Source: a virus. From it: DNA of 64,000 nt. Numbering within the stretch: the stretch's first letter is position 1; every line of letters begins with the position of its first letter. The notes below the pieces were generated by a model that saw only the letters and a program-made list of their open reading frames with translations, ran no database searches and was not told the DNA's origin. This document shows positions 28,921 to 38,871 of this stretch, piece after piece. The translations under genes were made by a program, and so were the position numbers. The stretch lies in the IMG/VR virus record IMGVR_UViG_3300006310_000773; one strand, 5' to 3'.

Positions 28921-30588
28921 TTATCTTGAAAGGAGTTTGAAGGCATTTTCTAATCCGCCGATGAGATAATTTTTCCCTAATTTTACATCTGCGATTTTTC
29001 CAGCTGGTTCTCCCCGAATGCTTTTCATATTTTTTAAATAATCCTTCATTGCCTTCATATTGGGATTTGCTGCTTTGGGGATTTTTACTATTCCACTTTT
29101 TTCCATATATTCTAAATGTTCACCACCCCTTAATGTAATGAGCCATTCTTTTCCTCCTGCACCAGGACCATGATCCCAACTTATAATATCAACAAGTGGT
29201 ACTCGTAATTTTTTAGCCATCGCTCCAATATCTGCTTTAGTAAGACCATTACCTTCTGTTAATATTTGTTTTGCGATATTTTCAATTGGGCCGTCATAAT
29301 CTTCAACATACTTGTTTAATTCATATTTACCACTATCCATTCCATAAATCTGCATGTGTAATCTTTTTTTAACAGATTTACCATCCTTTGTTAAATTGAC
29401 TTTTTTGATAGCGGTTTTGCCGGGTGATGGTTTTCTTTGCCCAAATGTAACTTCTCTGTCCCATGAATCTTGATCTACATCAAAACCATGAGCTTTTTTG
29501 GTGTGATCTTTTGCATGTTGAACTGCTGCGGAAAAAGTTGGATGATATATGTCATATGGTTTTCGTGCTTCTTCAATTCCTGCTTGGGCTTTATTGGATT
29601 TTTCAACCTCTTTCATAGAATCTTTTTTTGAAACATTACTTTTATTTTTCTCAAATTGTTTATAATTTTTATTTTCTCTCATTGGATTGTCAGAAATCTT
29701 AATCGTTGGATGATTCACTTTAGCTTTAGAAAGGGTACTCTTAACACCACTTTCTATTCCCTTTTCAACATGTAATGTATCATCTTTCCATTTAAATTTT
29801 CCTGAATGATTCTTTAAATGTTTATTAATTTTTTCTTTGTATGCTCTATTAGGAGTTACAAATTCTTCTAACACTTTTCCATCTTTGTAATGGGCGGCAT
29901 GTTTATGGTCACCTCCCCCTTTACGAATCTTATTTAATTTTCCATCATCCTGATATCTACTTGTACTATAATGTTGACCAGTTTTTGTATTTTTAATAGT
30001 ATACTGCGGTCTTTTTAAACTTTTTAGTAACTCTATGCTTTCCTCTACCTTTCCGCTTGCTTGTTTTTTCCGTTGTTCTTTATAGCGGTTATCTCGTTCT
30101 TGATGTATTTTTTCATACTTGTTTTCCATCTCTTTATCGAGACGTTTCGATTTCGCCCATTCAGATTCTTTTTTTGAAATTTTGTTTACTGCTTCTCTTT
30201 CACTTCGTTGCCTTCGATCATCAACTTCACCAAGTTCCAATTCTTCTTTAGGACCATATCCCTTAGGCGTTACATCTGTTATTTCTACACCTCGTAGTCT
30301 CGCACCCTTTCTCATACGTGCTGCAACTTCTGGTTTTGGATTACCTTTTTTGTCAAAGAACTTTGCGAGATGAGGTGGTAATTTTGATGCTTCATCAAAA
30401 TTGAAATCTTCTTTCATCAATTTCATACCCATTCTTTTTCGTATGACATTTATCTGCTTGATGATCTCTTTTTGTTTTGGTGAACCAGGCATAGATTTCA
30501 ACCCCTTCACCATCAATGCATACATATCTGCTGTATCTGATGATCCTTCTACAAGTTCTGTTTCCTGATAAGATTTAAACGTTTTCAT
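28921..30588 (-). CDS. Modular putative head internal (poly)protein
   Basis: MKTFKSYQETELVE; short modules separated by hydrophobic-x-E sites. Confidence 0.5.
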   Translation of the reverse strand: MKTFKSYQETELVEGSSDTADMYALMVKGLKSMPGSPKQKEIIKQINVIRKRMGMKLMKEDFNFDEASKLPPHLAKFFDKKGNPKPEVAARMRKGARLRGVEITDVTPKGYGPKEELELGEVDDRRQRSEREAVNKISKKESEWAKSKRLDKEMENKYEKIHQERDNRYKEQRKKQASGKVEESIELLKSLKRPQYTIKNTKTGQHYSTSRYQDDGKLNKIRKGGGDHKHAAHYKDGKVLEEFVTPNRAYKEKINKHLKNHSGKFKWKDDTLHVEKGIESGVKSTLSKAKVNHPTIKISDNPMRENKNYKQFEKNKSNVSKKDSMKEVEKSNKAQAGIEEARKPYDIYHPTFSAAVQHAKDHTKKAHGFDVDQDSWDREVTFGQRKPSPGKTAIKKVNLTKDGKSVKKRLHMQIYGMDSGKYELNKYVEDYDGPIENIAKQILTEGNGLTKADIGAMAKKLRVPLVDIISWDHGPGAGGKEWLITLRGGEHLEYMEKSGIVKIPKAANPNMKAMKDYLKNMKSIRGEPAGKIADVKLGKNYLIGGLENAFKLLSR

Positions 30589-31103
30589 TTCTTTAGTGCA
30601 TATCCTTTTTCATCTCGATACTTTATAATATTTTTTGCATCTTCTTTATCTTTTTTAGACATTCCATGTCCATAATTTCCATAATTGGGGGAATCTGGCA
30701 TTTTATTCACTTTCCCGCCCCTCTTCTTAAATTTCGCTATTGCATCAGCAAAGTTTGATTTATTTTCCTCTTCACCCATGATATGAAAAGTATCTTTAAC
30801 TCCTTGACTTCTTAAATGCTTATCAACTTTATCTACATGTTTCGCTGGAACATGAAGTTTTCCTTTTTTCCATTTGCCTTCTACATTAATATCAGACAAT
30901 GCCATCTTTACTTGTAATTCTAGGCCCTCATCTACAGTTTCTTGTAAAACTTCTGAATTTTCATCAGGAATTCTTTGTTCTTCTGGTGTCACTTCTGATT
31001 GAACTTCTTCTTCGGGGGCGTCGGGTGGATTTGCGGAAGGATTAACTACCTGCAAAACGGCTTTATTTAAATTTTCAAATTTTGATTTCTCAGTAAACCA
31101 CAT
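30585..31103 (-). CDS. Hypothetical protein, first gene of late cluster
   Basis: ORF preceded by CTAAATA late-like motif (31137..31143) and GGAG SD. Confidence 0.55.
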   Translation of the reverse strand: MWFTEKSKFENLNKAVLQVVNPSANPPDAPEEEVQSEVTPEEQRIPDENSEVLQETVDEGLELQVKMALSDINVEGKWKKGKLHVPAKHVDKVDKHLRSQGVKDTFHIMGEEENKSNFADAIAKFKKRGGKVNKMPDSPNYGNYGHGMSKKDKEDAKNIIKYRDEKGYALKK

Positions 31104-31139
31104 AATAGTCTCCGTAATAGTAATAGGTATTTGCTATAT

Positions 31140-32564
31140 TTAGTTAAAATTAAACTTGTCAAAGTCTTTCTTTTTTTCAGTATTCTCTGTGGAAGGAACA
31201 TCATCATATTCATCTGTCTTTTTAACTTTTTTGCTATTATCAACAACATCATTAATGCCCGTTTGAGCAGATTCTTCAAGATCAAATAGTCTCATTTTCT
31301 TTCTATCCACTCCAATCATAAATCTTTTGTTATATATTGGATCACTGTATCTATTTTTTAACTGTTTAACTAAAAATTGACCCAATTCTTCAAGCTCTTC
31401 AGTGGATATTATGGCAAACATGAAATCAGCCGTGGCGGGCAAACCAAAAGATTCAGACGTATCTTCTAATCCAATATCTGTAGAAGTAAATCCACTTCTT
31501 GTAGTTTGTGTAGCGGAAACGATGGGAACATTATATTCTACTGCGAGACCTCTCAATTCCTCCGCAATAGATTTAATATATGAATAAGAATTTACATATG
31601 CTCCTGCTTTGATTCTAGATGAAGTACATATATTTAAATAATCAATAAAAATAATATCTGGTTTAAAATCTCTTTTTAATGCCAATTCATTCAGAAGACT
31701 TCTAAAATGTTGGGCTCCTGCTGCGGCAGTTGGATATTCTTTTATAATTAATTTTCCTTTAGCCTTACTTTTCAGCTTTGCAACTTTCTGATCAAAAATA
31801 GCCTTTGGTAAATCAGTAATATCATCCATAGAAATATTTAAAAGATTCGCATCAATTCTCATTGCAATCTTTTCTTCTGCCATTTCTAATGTAATATACA
31901 ATACATTTCTACTTTCATTTAAACAATTAGCCGCAACATGACACATAAACAATGATTTACCTACACCTGTTCCTGCCAATGCGATATTTAATGTCTTTCT
32001 TGGTAATCCACCCTTTGTAATCTTATTAAAATATTCTAAATCAAAAGGAATCTTTTCCTCAACTTTATGATAAAAATTATAACGATCGTCACTATCATCT
32101 ATATAATCATGTCCAATATGAGGATCAAATGTTACTCCTAAAGCATCTGTGAGAATTTCTGGTATCTTTCCTTTATCTTCTTTAGTTTTACTATTAGGAC
32201 TAATGATTTGAACACTCTCCATAATAGCATTATAAATGGATTTATCTTGACAAAATGATTCTGTAGTATTAAGTAACCACTCCTCATCAGATATTTCTTC
32301 TTTATTTTCTTCTAAAAATCCAACAAGTTTAACACAACTATTATAATCATCTTCATGAAGATCTGTCCTTTCACTCAAATTGATTACAACTGCCTCTTTT
32401 GTTGGGAGATTATTATAAGTCGAAATAAATGAATGTAATTCTTCAAAAAGTGCCTTTTCTCCTTTATCTTCAAAAAATACACCTTTAAGATAAGGTATAA
32501 CTTTGCGAGTATACGTTTCATTATATAATAGATTTTTTAATATTAAATGTTCAACTCTATCCAT
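31140..32564 (-). CDS. gp41: Replicative DNA helicase
   Basis: [45 protein letters not shown]. Confidence 0.97.
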   Translation of the reverse strand: MDRVEHLILKNLLYNETYTRKVIPYLKGVFFEDKGEKALFEELHSFISTYNNLPTKEAVVINLSERTDLHEDDYNSCVKLVGFLEENKEEISDEEWLLNTTESFCQDKSIYNAIMESVQIISPNSKTKEDKGKIPEILTDALGVTFDPHIGHDYIDDSDDRYNFYHKVEEKIPFDLEYFNKITKGGLPRKTLNIALAGTGVGKSLFMCHVAANCLNESRNVLYITLEMAEEKIAMRIDANLLNISMDDITDLPKAIFDQKVAKLKSKAKGKLIIKEYPTAAAGAQHFRSLLNELALKRDFKPDIIFIDYLNICTSSRIKAGAYVNSYSYIKSIAEELRGLAVEYNVPIVSATQTTRSGFTSTDIGLEDTSESFGLPATADFMFAIISTEELEELGQFLVKQLKNRYSDPIYNKRFMIGVDRKKMRLFDLEESAQTGINDVVDNSKKVKKTDEYDDVPSTENTEKKKDFDKFNFN

Positions 32565-33588
32565 CTAATTCTTCTACTCCCACCTGACCATATAAAAATT
32601 CTTTTTTGCAAGCTGCATTTATACCATCCATAATATCATCTGTAAAAAACTTTTCTGGATCTGCATAAACCGCCTTTCCATAATGTTTTCCTCCATCTGG
32701 AAATTCATATCTATTTGATACCTTCTTTATTATACCATACTTTTCTGCAATGTCAAGTAGGCCATAATATCTATCTAATCCTTTATCATATGTTAAAAGA
32801 ACATCCACTATTCTATTCTCTTTTGTTAATCTAGATTTATGTGTTTTACAATGTATGATATTACCAACTACTACGTTACCAACTTTTTCCTTTTTCTTTG
32901 ACAAAAATAATATAGTTGATGCTGCATATTTTAAACCAGATCCTCCACCCATTTCTTTAGTAGGAAACATCGACCCTATTTGATCATAAGTATGATTTGT
33001 TACAATCATAGGAATTCCCGCTCTTGCAAGTCTCAAAGTTAAAACTCTAAAAGCTCCTTTTAAAGCGGGGGCTCTTGTCATATCTCTTTTATCAGAACCA
33101 CTAGTAGTATCTTCCATCTCTTTAGTAGTTGACAAATTACCCAAAGAGTCTAGACACATTAACAATGGCGTTTTTTCTGATTCCTTTTCATATTCTGCTA
33201 TGATTTTTGAACATTGATTTGCAAATTCTTGAACTGTAGTTACAGGAATAACTAAAAATCTATCAGTAGGAACTTCTCTGGCATCCAACATCGCTTTTGT
33301 TACTGCAGATTCACTTTCAAAATATATAACACTGCCTTCTATATTATTATCAAGAAAATGTTTACATATACCAAGTGTGAAAAAGGTTTTACCTGTTGAA
33401 CTTTCTCCCGCAATAGCGGTAATCTTATTAGATGGTAACCCACCCTTTATATCTCCTGATAAAAGTGCATTTAAAGTGTAACATCCTGTATCCACATATT
33501 CATCTATGTCTGCAGTATCTATTCCTTCAACCGCAATCGAAGCATATGGATTGTCCGCAATAGTTTTTGCTCTACTCAAAAATGTCAT
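32557..33588 (-). CDS. uvsX: RecA-like recombinase
   Basis: [33 protein letters not shown]. Confidence 0.95.
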   Translation of the reverse strand: MTFLSRAKTIADNPYASIAVEGIDTADIDEYVDTGCYTLNALLSGDIKGGLPSNKITAIAGESSTGKTFFTLGICKHFLDNNIEGSVIYFESESAVTKAMLDAREVPTDRFLVIPVTTVQEFANQCSKIIAEYEKESEKTPLLMCLDSLGNLSTTKEMEDTTSGSDKRDMTRAPALKGAFRVLTLRLARAGIPMIVTNHTYDQIGSMFPTKEMGGGSGLKYAASTILFLSKKKEKVGNVVVGNIIHCKTHKSRLTKENRIVDVLLTYDKGLDRYYGLLDIAEKYGIIKKVSNRYEFPDGGKHYGKAVYADPEKFFTDDIMDGINAACKKEFLYGQVGVEELDG

Positions 33589-33590
33589 AA

Positions 33591-33836
33591 TTATTTTTCC
33601 TTAATTAATTTTCGTACTTGATTAAAAAGACGTTTTTTATTGTGCCTTCTATCCAATTCTACATTAAACTCATCACGAGCAAATGCTTCAAGTTGTTTTT
33701 TAGTCATGGATTCAATATTTACTTCAGCTGGTTCAATTTCTATTGGTTCATGATTTATAGGTATTTTTGGTTTTTTTGTGGATTCAGCATAGCCACTTCC
33801 AATAAACCAAGCTTTCATTTTATTTAATATATTCAT
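33591..33836 (-). CDS. Small protein with HeH/Rho-N-like motif
   Basis: [25 protein letters not shown]. Confidence 0.5.
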   Translation of the reverse strand: MNILNKMKAWFIGSGYAESTKKPKIPINHEPIEIEPAEVNIESMTKKQLEAFARDEFNVELDRRHNKKRLFNQVRKLIKEK

Positions 33837-33848
33837 TTTTTCCTTTCA

Positions 33849-36362
33849 TCAAAAAAAATTTTCTAATGTTGATTTTCTTTCAGTTTCCCATCCAATAGTA
33901 TCAAGAATGATTTTAAGTGGATCAAGAAATGATTTAGTAAATTGTAAATCATAATCTATATACTTTTCCAATTTAAATTCTTTAGGAAATGTATTTAACA
34001 TAGCAATGACATTAGCTGTTGTAGGATTTGGAACTTTAAGATAAGTATATTTAATTTTTTCACCTTCTTGAATAGCTTGATATTTTCTTCCCAAACTATT
34101 TTTGTGAATCATATCATTATATATGATTGCTCCACGAATATGAAGTGGAGTTCCTTTTTTATAAAGTTGATTAGAATCATAATATTTATTAACTCCTTGA
34201 ACTGACCTTGGAAAAGAAATTTCTTCTATTGGAAGATTTTTAAAATTCCCTTTAAACTCTTCAATGAAATCCAATAACGTTGATTCATCCTTATTCATAA
34301 TAATGCTAATTGCATCTCTCAATTTATCACGACACGCAGAAGGAGTTGATGATTTAACTGCCTCAATGCCCATCATTTTAATTTTAGGTTCTTTGTAGCG
34401 AACACCCTCATTATCATAAACATTCAACATATATCTTTTTTTAGATGTCCAAATGCCTTTATCTGAAAGTCCTTCGCGCTTCATAAACATTTTCTGTTCA
34501 TAAGCATTCATATATTCAAATAAATTCTGAAATGACTCATTAATCACTTCCTGAATCTTACCCTCACATACTTTATCAAGAAAATTAATAACCTTTTCTT
34601 TGTCAATTTCATCTTTAAATACGCTATTAACCAATTTATCAAGAACCACATAAATTGAATCTGTATCACTAGCAATAACATAATCCTCATTGTCAGTTTT
34701 TAATAACTTATTTAAGAAATTATTAACATCTCTCTCAATCCATTGAATAGTTAATTGTCCAGATTTAGTGACCGCCTCCGCCTGTCTAGTATCATAAAAA
34801 CGAAAATATTGATTACCCAACGCTCCATATGCAGAATTAAGTGAAACCTTTTTCGCCATTTGTAAATTTTTAAATTTATCTACTCTATTAGAAATTGCTT
34901 TAGTTTTATTTTTCTCATATTCTATTAAAGCATCTATCATTTGCTTCTTATACTGAACACGATCATCATACATATTCTGCATCATTTTTGGAAGAAACCC
35001 ATGAATATCTCTTCTAAAAAAGTGTCCATTCGCTGCCATACACAAATTATATTTCTTCAAAATAGAAGAATCTATTTTACGATTTAATAAATTATCAACA
35101 GTTATTTCATTCTTTAATTTTTGAATATCTGCTGGTAATTCACCAGTTATTAAAGTTTCTGGCGAAATATTATATTGCATAATAAGATGCGGATACAAAC
35201 TATTTAAATCAAAAGAAACAACCCAATCATGTCTTCCAATTTGTGGATCTTTTACATATGCTCCCGCATATGCATGATCTTTAAATTTTCTTTCTTTTTG
35301 TGGAATAACAATGTCATTTTGTCTTAAATAATTAAAGGTGAGAATATCCCACATTCTTACTTGTTTAAACACATCATCATAATTTGTTTTTCCATCATAA
35401 GCAAGAACGACAGCCTGTTCAACTAATTTCTTTTTTTCCTCAATCTGTTCAATCAATTCTACATCTTTAATATTATAATCAATAAACTTTTGATGATCAA
35501 GTTTATAAAGTTGATGTAATGTATCATATTCTGAATAATCTAATTTAGCCTCTCCCAATTCAACATTAGCAATATGATCAAGTCTATAAGATTCTTGATT
35601 GACTAAGGTAAATTTTTTGTATAAATCCAAATAATCAAGTACTGAAATGCCAGTTAGATTATATGTCTGGTTATATTTTCCTCCAAGACCCATAACTTTT
35701 GATTCTCTAACAAAGTTCCAGGGCGATAATTGTTTTATATATTTTTCACCAAACAAATTTACAAGTCTATTCACAATATATGGAATATCAAAAAACTTAA
35801 TATTCCATCCAGTTATAATATCAGGAGATATTCTTTTCCAATGTTCTACAAATGCATAAATTAATTCTTTCTCTGATTCACATTTAACATACTCAATATC
35901 TTCTCTTGTATTATTATAATCTCCACAACCAATTACAACAAAATCTTTTCCACATTTCATTGATATTGCGGTGATCTCTTCTTTTGCCTCTTCCGGTTTT
36001 GGGAATCCATGTTCAGAAGCAACCTCAATATCAATATACATTAATTTAATTTGATTAAAATCATATGCAATTGTTTTAGGATATTCATCAGAAAGATGAC
36101 AATACATCCAACTAGTATATCCGTAGATTTCAAAATTTTCTACAGTATCATACTTATTCATAAACTCTTTGGCATCAGCAATGTTTCCAAATTTCATTTT
36201 GGATACTGATTTCCCACTAAGAGTTTTATATTTTGATTTTTCTTTTGAGGGGATAAAAAGTGTTGGGGCGTATTCTATCTTATTTTTAAATGGTTCTCCA
36301 TTCTCAATACCACGCTCAAGAACAAAGTTTCCATACTGTGAAACATTTGTATAAAATTTCAT
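33849..36362 (-). CDS. gp43: Family B DNA polymerase
   Basis: DIEV exonuclease, SFDLNSLYPH, KVSLNSAYG, SDTDSIY. Confidence 0.98.
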   Translation of the reverse strand: MKFYTNVSQYGNFVLERGIENGEPFKNKIEYAPTLFIPSKEKSKYKTLSGKSVSKMKFGNIADAKEFMNKYDTVENFEIYGYTSWMYCHLSDEYPKTIAYDFNQIKLMYIDIEVASEHGFPKPEEAKEEITAISMKCGKDFVVIGCGDYNNTREDIEYVKCESEKELIYAFVEHWKRISPDIITGWNIKFFDIPYIVNRLVNLFGEKYIKQLSPWNFVRESKVMGLGGKYNQTYNLTGISVLDYLDLYKKFTLVNQESYRLDHIANVELGEAKLDYSEYDTLHQLYKLDHQKFIDYNIKDVELIEQIEEKKKLVEQAVVLAYDGKTNYDDVFKQVRMWDILTFNYLRQNDIVIPQKERKFKDHAYAGAYVKDPQIGRHDWVVSFDLNSLYPHLIMQYNISPETLITGELPADIQKLKNEITVDNLLNRKIDSSILKKYNLCMAANGHFFRRDIHGFLPKMMQNMYDDRVQYKKQMIDALIEYEKNKTKAISNRVDKFKNLQMAKKVSLNSAYGALGNQYFRFYDTRQAEAVTKSGQLTIQWIERDVNNFLNKLLKTDNEDYVIASDTDSIYVVLDKLVNSVFKDEIDKEKVINFLDKVCEGKIQEVINESFQNLFEYMNAYEQKMFMKREGLSDKGIWTSKKRYMLNVYDNEGVRYKEPKIKMMGIEAVKSSTPSACRDKLRDAISIIMNKDESTLLDFIEEFKGNFKNLPIEEISFPRSVQGVNKYYDSNQLYKKGTPLHIRGAIIYNDMIHKNSLGRKYQAIQEGEKIKYTYLKVPNPTTANVIAMLNTFPKEFKLEKYIDYDLQFTKSFLDPLKIILDTIGWETERKSTLENFF

Positions 36363-36399
36363 TTATGTTTTTTATGTGTATTTCTAGTGTACATAATAT

Positions 36400-36428
36400 A
36401 TTATATCAAATAGAAGACTCTTTGTCAA
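36400..36428 (-). promoter_or_regulatory. Sigma70-type promoter upstream of gp43
   Basis: TTGACA-17-TATAAT. Confidence 0.85.
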
Positions 36429-36443
36429 GACAATAAAATCTTT

Positions 36444-36926
36444 TTAGATTCCCATAAGGCCTTTGACATATTTTACTTTTCCTTTTTGCTTTAAGGCTGT
36501 TAAACAATTCCCTCGATTTGATCCATCTCTTTTATAAGAACAATGTATCCATCCTGAATTAGGATCTACACCATTATAAAATTCAAGAATTAATTGATCA
36601 AATTCTAGATTATCTGCTATCCATTTAGCAAGTTTTGGATTAGAAATTTGATAACTTTCAAAATCAGCAGCTTCTCCATTGCAATGCTGACTCGTTTTAG
36701 ACCCACCCACTTTTGAATTGAGTGTAGGAGAACGATATCCAGAATTTAAAGTAATAACTCCGTGAACTTCTCTTATTGGTTGCAATACTGCATGAGCAAG
36801 TACTGATAAATTAATTAAATGTTCAGTAGTTGCCGGAGCATTATCAATTCCCAATCTTTCTGCTGTAGCACTTTTTATGAATTCATTTAAGTGAAAATTC
36901 TTACTTAGTCGTAAGTTTTCCATCAT
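36444..36926 (-). CDS. Peptidase M15 (putative endolysin)
   Basis: LSKNFHLNEF, SGYRS, SQHCNGEAAD, WIHCS. Confidence 0.9.
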   Translation of the reverse strand: MMENLRLSKNFHLNEFIKSATAERLGIDNAPATTEHLINLSVLAHAVLQPIREVHGVITLNSGYRSPTLNSKVGGSKTSQHCNGEAADFESYQISNPKLAKWIADNLEFDQLILEFYNGVDPNSGWIHCSYKRDGSNRGNCLTALKQKGKVKYVKGLMGI

Positions 36927-37620
36927 TGTCTCCTTTTTCGATTTCCTTTGGATATGGCAAAATAGTATAAGTTAATTTCTTTATTAGTTCCCTTTTACGT
37001 CTTTTATTTGCATTAAAGACAACATATCTAAACTTTAAAGATCTCTCTCTTCTATATATATTTTCTTCTCCAAACATCTCTATGAGCTTTTCTACTCTGT
37101 TCTTTTGTCCTCTAAATTTATCAGTAATACTTGCAGGATGTAAATCCAAACCTTTTATTGCAAGATCTGAAGTATGTCTTTTATTCATTCCTATGTAATG
37201 CCAATTCGATGATTGATAAACTGTGCCCAAATGGTTCATTGATGAATCGGCATAAGATATTATAATCTCTTTATCCAATTTTTTAATTGAATTTGAGATA
37301 AGAAAACTTTCTCCATTTTTAGGTACAGCATCGTCTATCCAGAGTCTTGTCAACTCATAGATATTATTCATTTCATCCGCACCACAAAGGGATTTGAGGA
37401 TTGGATTATAGGCGGGAACTCCGTAGCAAACGACACCCTTTAATGTTCCTCCAAAGAACCCACCTTTTTCAAAAATGCCATAAGCCTTAGAACATGGGGC
37501 AACACGATGAAGATAATGATTTTTTATCACTATATCCAATGCTGCTCTTGTTTCTATGGGCTCGACTGTATAATCAGCCTTTGATAGCTTTTCTTGCTTT
37601 TCCGCCGATTGGGATCTCAC
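36901..37620 (-). CDS. Mom-like GNAT DNA-modification protein (copy 2)
   Basis: NHYLHR, YELTRLW, PKNGESFLI, ISYADSSMNHLGTVYQSSNWHYIG; start uncertain. Confidence 0.8.
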   Translation of the reverse strand: MRSQSAEKQEKLSKADYTVEPIETRAALDIVIKNHYLHRVAPCSKAYGIFEKGGFFGGTLKGVVCYGVPAYNPILKSLCGADEMNNIYELTRLWIDDAVPKNGESFLISNSIKKLDKEIIISYADSSMNHLGTVYQSSNWHYIGMNKRHTSDLAIKGLDLHPASITDKFRGQKNRVEKLIEMFGEENIYRRERSLKFRYVVFNANKRRKRELIKKLTYTILPYPKEIEKGDNDGKLTTK

Positions 37621-38065
37621 GTGGTTTCTTGTAATCAGGGATGATTTGCTCCAAATGTATTGTTAACATACCATCAACAAGATCCGCATCTTTTATTTCA
37701 ACATCATCAGCAATTGTCCAAGAACGTTTAAATGTTCTTGTTGCAATTCCTTGATGTACAAATTCATGGGATTCATTTACAGTTTGTTTCTCATTAGAAG
37801 AAACGGTTAATACACCATTCTCAACATGAACAGAAATATCATCTTTTGAAAAGCCTGCTACAGCCATTTCAATTAGATACTTATATCCATCTTTTTTGAG
37901 ATTGTATGGGGGAAATCCACCACTATTGATTGAATGATGAACTGTACCAAGATCATCAAATAAACGATTAAATATTCCATCAAATCCGACAGAAACATTT
38001 AATGCTCTTTCTATATCTTGGGGTCGTGCGAATGGAAAATTCGCGAGTGCGCTAGTTGTTACCAT
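37574..38065 (-). CDS. hsp20: Small heat shock protein Hsp20 (IbpA-like)
   Basis: SVGFD, FPPYNL, EMAVAGF, HQGIATRTFKRSW, DGMLTI. Confidence 0.95.
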   Translation of the reverse strand: MVTTSALANFPFARPQDIERALNVSVGFDGIFNRLFDDLGTVHHSINSGGFPPYNLKKDGYKYLIEMAVAGFSKDDISVHVENGVLTVSSNEKQTVNESHEFVHQGIATRTFKRSWTIADDVEIKDADLVDGMLTIHLEQIIPDYKKPREIPIGGKARKAIKG

Positions 38066-38159
38066 ATATCCTCCTTATAAAGCGAGGTTAATAAATTACC
38101 CACTCCATAGCACATGGCAGTGGGTTTGAGTTATGAGGTTTTCACTATGAACAACCTCA
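38063..38159 (-). promoter_or_regulatory. ROSE-like RNA thermometer in hsp20 5' leader
   Basis: Three hairpins; the last is CCUCGCUU-UAU-AAGGAGG, with the U(U/C)GCU motif pairing to the SD. Confidence 0.7.
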
Positions 38160-38288
38160 GTCGCGCCAACCTTCTCCTTTTAAGAGATGTTCGCAGCGAT
38201 GTTTAAAAACTATCCAGATTAATTCTATAAATGAATCCGCAACATAAGTGCCAGATCCTTTAACGGTTAGTTTAAATTCTTTTTTCAT
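38157..38288 (-). CDS. 43-aa small protein (absent from the ORF track)
   Basis: MKKEFKLTVKGSGTYVADSFIELIWIVFKHRCEHLLKGEGWRD; immediately downstream of TATAAATA. Confidence 0.55.
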   Translation of the reverse strand: MKKEFKLTVKGSGTYVADSFIELIWIVFKHRCEHLLKGEGWRD

Positions 38289-38292
38289 AATC

Positions 38293-38300
38293 TATTTATA
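38293..38300 (-). promoter_or_regulatory. T4-type late promoter TATAAATA
   Basis: Exact consensus upstream of small ORF/hsp20. Confidence 0.55.
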
Positions 38301-38871
38301 TCGCAAGTCCAGAAATTCCAGTAGAAGGGCCCTTAGAAGGTTCAGATTTTACATCTGTTGAACCAAACCCACCTTCTCTTTCAGTTTTTTGTCCTGGTGC
38401 TTCTTTTACTTCCGTGAGAGAATATTTATAATTTTTAATTAATTCTCCTTGAGCATATCTAGTATTATTAAAAATTTGTCTGGCGGTGTTATTTGCATTA
38501 TACAATATTAAATAACATGGATCTACATAATCACTATCGACTACTCCTTCTCCATTTCCTAACAATAATCCATCTCTTAATGCAACACTAGATCTTATAT
38601 GAATTCTCACAGAATGATCTTTTGGAATATCAAAAGTCAGCCCTGTAGGAACTAACATACGCTCTTGTGGGTATATTAGTACATATATATTGCCTTGTGA
38701 ATCTCTTTTAGTTTGTCTTGCTTGTTTTGCTTCTTTATCATCTAACCATAAAGATATGTGTCCATCATCAAAATGTGAATATATGTCAAAGCACGCAGAA
38801 CCAGTAGTTCCAAATTCTGGACTTAAAATATTTTCAGACTCTTTATAGTATTTCAGACTCGGTATTGCCAT
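38296..38871 (-). CDS. dut: Trimeric dUTPase
   Basis: GSACFDI, LVPTGL, RSS, GVVDSDY, RYAQGE, REGGFGST; start at ATG 38871. Confidence 0.93.
   Translation of the reverse strand: MAIPSLKYYKESENILSPEFGTTGSACFDIYSHFDDGHISLWLDDKEAKQARQTKRDSQGNIYVLIYPQERMLVPTGLTFDIPKDHSVRIHIRSSVALRDGLLLGNGEGVVDSDYVDPCYLILYNANNTARQIFNNTRYAQGELIKNYKYSLTEVKEAPGQKTEREGGFGSTDVKSEPSKGPSTGISGLAI

Noticed and set aside
31140-36362. Inteins/introns in gp41, uvsX or gp43
   Set aside because: ORFs are continuous, of ordinary length, with no splicing or homing-endonuclease motifs seen
37574-37620. 47-bp overlap of hsp20 and the Mom-like gene as a programmed frameshift fusion
   Set aside because: In-frame GTG/TTG starts are available and no convincing slippery site was seen; the start is simply uncertain
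38066-38295. Possible ribosomal protein bS21 gene near hsp20, as in some aquatic T4-like phages
   Set aside because: Hand translation gives a 43-aa ORF with no bS21 motif, followed by RNA hairpins
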